From Naegleria gruberi (Eukaryota), in the NCBI GenBank assembly GCA_000004985.1, contig GG739338.1: a DNA stretch of 1,716 nt. One strand, written 5' to 3'. The notes beneath the pieces are model-generated. The model was given only the letters and a program-made list of their open reading frames with translations, made no database searches and had not been told where the DNA came from. The translations under genes and the position numbers were made by a program. Positions 1 through 1,716 of the stretch are shown piece by piece (positions within the stretch are counted from its first letter, which is position 1; each line of letters opens with the position of its first letter).

Positions 1-916
1 ACAAGTCTAGAAAGTTTCCCTTCTGGAATTTGGTTGACTTTCCCATGTATCCTAAAGAAAATTCAACACATTCCTCAAATTCATATCTTTCCACATTCTC
101 AAAATAATATCCACTATTGAATTTGTAAGTTCCATTCTTGAAACAAAAACCGAAAGAATGTTCTCCAATAGTATCTCTATTAGCGGCATTTAGAACTGCT
201 TTGAATGGAGAAAATCCATTCATGAATGAAAAGCCTTTCACCCAAATCTGATTATACTTTCTGTATCCAATGCTCAATTGATGTAGAACTGGTTCAATAT
301 GTGAATGATTCCCACTTGGATCGAACATTCCCATTGCCATATCACATGTCGTTTTGATCATTTGGGAGGGTTCATCCACAAAGAACAAATTAGGATTAAT
401 TATCATACATCCCTCACTAGTCACACTCTTATCAATGCAATGTGGAGCAAACAATTTCTCAGCCACCTTTGCAATTGGCATTCCAATATATTCCTCTTTC
501 AATTCAATCATGAAAATTTTACTCTCTGCAGCAATTCGTCCAACAAATAATGAAACACTCTTCTCCAATTTAAAATCCTCAATCAAGACAATCACTTGCT
601 TCTTTTCAATGCAATACTTGCTGATGGAAAATTTAATTTCACCACTGCGTTCTTTAGGATAATTAATTATCAATTTGTATCGTTTCTCAGACTTTCCTCC
701 TTTCAATTTTTCAAACTTGACTTGAACTGCATTTTCATCACCTTCAGTTTCGAATTCCAGTTCAACTTGTTGTTTTCTATTCGATAGTGCTGATGAAGAT
801 GATGAATTTTTATTTTTGTTGTTGTGATGAATCGAACCCGATGATGATCCAAACACTGAATCAAAAGCTTGAGTCATTTCAGAGATCATTAGTTTGTGTT
901 GTACGAGTTTTGCCAT
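1..916 (-). CDS. Protein-coding gene, 5' end complete (ATG at 916-914), 3' end beyond the window start. Uncharacterised protein, N-terminal 305 aa in window: MAKLVQHKLMISEMTQAFDSVFGSSSGSIHHNNKNKNSSSSSALSNRKQQVELEFETEGDENAVQVKFEKLKGGKSEKRYKLIINYPKERSGEIKF...FKNGTYKFNSGYYFENVERYEFEECVEFSLGYMGKSTKFQKGNFLDL
   Basis: Manual reverse-complement translation shows 305 consecutive sense codons with no stop in 32%-GC DNA, which is vanishingly unlikely by chance. An in-frame TGA lies just upstream (937-935), so the ATG at 916-914 is the first start in the frame; it sits in an AAAAAAATG context. Codon bias is strong and consistent: GGA is 14 of 20 Gly codons, CCA dominates Pro. There is no N-terminal hydrophobic signal peptide. 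The frame is absent from the supplied ORF track only because it has no stop inside the window. Introns cannot be excluded, but none is needed within 1-916. Confidence 0.8.
   Translation of the reverse strand, partial: MAKLVQHKLMISEMTQAFDSVFGSSSGSIHHNNKNKNSSSSSALSNRKQQVELEFETEGDENAVQVKFEKLKGGKSEKRYKLIINYPKERSGEIKFSISKYCIEKKQVIVLIEDFKLEKSVSLFVGRIAAESKIFMIELKEEYIGMPIAKVAEKLFAPHCIDKSVTSEGCMIINPNLFFVDEPSQMIKTTCDMAMGMFDPSGNHSHIEPVLHQLSIGYRKYNQIWVKGFSFMNGFSPFKAVLNAANRDTIGEHSFGFCFKNGTYKFNSGYYFENVERYEFEECVEFSLGYMGKSTKFQKGNFLDL
782..850 (-). other. Low-complexity Ser/Asn/His-rich segment (GSSSGSIHHNNKNKNSSSSSALS) near the N-terminus of the 1-916 protein; probably a disordered linker
   Basis: Codons 23-45 of the minus-strand ORF. 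On the plus strand this appears as a GATGA/GTTGTTG-rich tract (tgatgaagatgatgaatttttatttttgttgttgtgatgaatcgaacccgatgatgatcc). Confidence 0.6.
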
Positions 917-981
917 TTTTTTATATTTGAATTGTCAATTTTTACAAAATGAAAGATCAATTTGGGGTTGGAGAACTTTCT

Positions 982-987
982 TGATAA
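982..987 (+). promoter_or_regulatory. TGATAA GATA-factor motif about 70 bp upstream of the ATG of the 1-916 gene. A second WGATAR site (GATAAG) lies at 1048-1053.
   Basis: cttGATAAtagg at 982-987 and gagGATAAGg at 1048-1053 both lie in the 917-1124 upstream region of the minus-strand gene. TGATAA(G) is the binding site of nematode intestinal GATA factors such as ELT-2. Short motifs like these are common by chance in AT-rich DNA. Confidence 0.25.
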
Positions 988-1124
988 TAGGCTGAGTGTG
1001 GTCTCTTAATAAAATGCAATGTCGTGTATTGTCATAGATTTGAAGAGGATAAGGCAATTTCTAAAAGAGCAATAATAGATATTGGTTTCGAAGATTATAT
1101 TTTTAATTAAATTATCAAATGTAA

Positions 1125-1195
1125 TCGGGTGTGGTATAGTGGTAGCATTCCAGACTGTCACTCTGGCGACCCGGGTTCAATTCCCGGCACTCGAG
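1125..1195 (+). tRNA. tRNA-Asp, anticodon GTC (anticodon at 1157-1159), 71 nt, no encoded CCA
   Basis: Cloverleaf folded by hand. Acceptor stem TCGGGTG(1125-1131)/CACTCGA(1188-1194) with 6 Watson-Crick pairs plus one G.U; discriminator G1195. U8 at 1132. D-stem GTAT/GCAT with D-loop AGTGGTA carrying the conserved GG. Anticodon stem CCAGA(1150-1154)/TCTGG(1162-1166); loop CTGTCAC with U33, anticodon GUC, A37. Variable loop CGAC (4 nt). T-stem CCGGG/CCCGG with T-loop TTCAATT. Internal A box TGGTATAGTGG (1132-1142) and B box GGTTCAATTCC (1174-1184) both fit the Pol III consensus. Overall layout and the D- and T-arm sequences resemble eukaryotic tRNA-Asp(GUC). Confidence 0.85.
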
Positions 1196-1201
1196 TAATA
1201 A

Positions 1202-1206
1202 TTTTT
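1202..1206 (+). terminator. RNA polymerase III terminator (T5 run) 7 nt downstream of the tRNA 3' end
   Basis: TTTTT at 1202-1206, immediately after the discriminator base plus taataa. A run of four or more T residues is the canonical Pol III termination signal for tRNA genes. Confidence 0.6.
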
Positions 1207-1289
1207 ATATTTTCTAGTTCAATATTCCTTATTTTTCGTTCAATTTTCAAATAATGGTAGTTTAGATATCCTGCTTGAATATAGTATTT

Positions 1290-1295
1290 TTTATT
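1290..1295 (-). other. Candidate polyadenylation signal (AATAAA on the minus strand) for the 1462-1716 gene. A second copy at 1461-1466 overlaps the stop codon.
   Basis: tttatt on the plus strand at 1290-1295 and at 1461-1466 reads AATAAA on the minus strand, downstream of the TAA stop. Either could direct 3' end formation, giving a 3' UTR of about 190 nt or under 30 nt. AT-rich sequence produces such hexamers easily by chance. Confidence 0.3.
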
Positions 1296-1461
1296 TTTTA
1301 AAATTTTATGTATTTCCTTTTTTAGAAGCCTCAGTTTGAACCGTATTTTTTTCTCATTCAAAAATGTCCTAAAGATATAATGCTTCTTCATAGAATACCC
1401 ACCACATCATTCTATCAATTTTGTGTCACATATTGAATGTGGACTTTCATCAGAAAGTGTT

Positions 1462-1716
1462 TTATTTCTTTTTCATGTTTTCAATCTTAATTCTTCCAAA
1501 ACAACATCTGAAAGTTAGGAAAAGAAGTGAAAGAGCAATTGAGCTAACGAAAATCAATGGAATATTAAGTTGAATATACCAAGAAAGTTTGGTGGAAACA
1601 TCTCTCAAATGTTCATCCAAATGATCAAAAGCAACATCAATGATAATTTCACCAGCAGTCAACACATTATTCGAAACTATTTCAGTAACGTTCTTGAATG
1701 ATTCTCCAAAACTTTG
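1462..1716 (-). CDS. 3'-terminal coding exon of a second minus-strand gene, continuing upstream beyond the window end. C-terminus of a predicted single-pass or C-terminally anchored membrane protein: ...QSFGESFKNVTEIVSNNVLTAGEIIIDVAFDHLDEHLRDVSTKLSWYIQLNIPLIFVSSIALSLLFLTFRCCFGRIKIENMKKK*
   Basis: The frame is open from the window edge (1716) down to TAA at 1464-1462: 84 sense codons with no stop. It encodes a coherent topology. An acidic hydrophilic segment with an N-V-T sequon is followed by a roughly 20-residue hydrophobic helix (LNIPLIFVSSIALSLLFLTF, about 1510-1569), then a basic stop-transfer tail RCCFGRIKIENMKKK. An AATAAA signal on the same strand overlaps the stop (1466-1461) and another lies at 1295-1290. 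The track's 67-aa ORF is the same frame, truncated at an internal GTG that the track takes as a start. Where the exon begins cannot be determined. Confidence 0.65.
   Translation of the reverse strand, partial: QSFGESFKNVTEIVSNNVLTAGEIIIDVAFDHLDEHLRDVSTKLSWYIQLNIPLIFVSSIALSLLFLTFRCCFGRIKIENMKKK

Noticed and set aside
305-787. Three overlapping plus-strand ORFs from the track (305-550, 354-662, 596-787) encoding low-complexity peptides
   Set aside because: They are antisense to the much longer stop-free minus-strand frame with consistent codon bias. Their peptides are low-complexity (FLSHLCNWHSNIFLFQF etc.) and two start at TTG/GTG. They are shadow ORFs of AT-rich coding DNA.
917-934. TATAAAA immediately upstream of the ATG at 916 as a TATA box
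   Set aside because: It lies only about 3-9 nt from the start codon, too close to be a core promoter element about 30 nt upstream of the TSS. It is more likely just the A-rich translation-initiation context.
1158-1391. Minus-strand 77-aa ORF from the track (MKKHYIFRTFLNEKKIRFKLRLLKKEIHKILKNKK...RVPGIEPGSPE)
   Set aside because: Its C-terminus is simply the antisense reading of the tRNA T-arm and acceptor stem, and the rest is Lys-rich translation of AT-rich UTR/intergenic sequence. It is not credible as a gene.
1400-1442. Short inverted repeats (ccacat...atgtgg and the cacat-attga-atgtg hairpin at 1427-1441) in the 3' UTR region
   Set aside because: Stems of only 5-6 bp in AT-rich sequence are expected by chance. 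No flanking structure suggests a regulatory hairpin or transposon ends.
1462-1476. C-terminal ...MKKK as a possible di-lysine ER-retrieval motif
   Set aside because: Canonical KKXX/KXKXX needs Lys at -3 together with Lys at -4 or -5. Here -4 is Met and -5 is Asn, so it does not fit.
1508-1513. TTTCAG (nematode 3' splice-site consensus) on the minus strand inside the terminal exon
   Set aside because: It falls within the open frame as the codons T-F-R, at the junction of the TM helix and the basic tail, and the frame reads coherently across it. It is most likely a coincidental hexamer; only transcript data could show otherwise.

Overview
This is an AT-rich (about 32% GC) eukaryotic window. 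Codon usage (GGA dominant for Gly, CCA for Pro, GAA/AAA/ATT/TTG), an AAAAAAATG start context, a tRNA gene without encoded CCA and a downstream T5 Pol III terminator all point to a nematode, probably Caenorhabditis-like. This origin is an inference, not a database result. The window holds three genes. (1) A long stop-free reading frame on the minus strand from 916 down to the window edge (305+ codons, start ATG at 916-914). The supplied ORF track misses it because it runs off the window; the product is unrecognised. (2) A plus-strand tRNA-Asp(GTC) gene at 1125-1195 with intact A and B boxes and a T5 terminator at 1202-1206. It lies antisense in the gap between the two protein genes. (3) The last exon of a second minus-strand gene (1462-1716, continuing upstream beyond the window). 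It encodes a hydrophilic stretch, one transmembrane helix and a short basic Cys-containing tail ending in TAA. All three plus-strand ORFs in the track (305-787) and the minus ORF 1158-1391 are artefacts: antisense to real coding sequence, or reading through the tRNA and UTR. No prokaryotic, mobile-element or CRISPR features are present. I do not recognise either protein.
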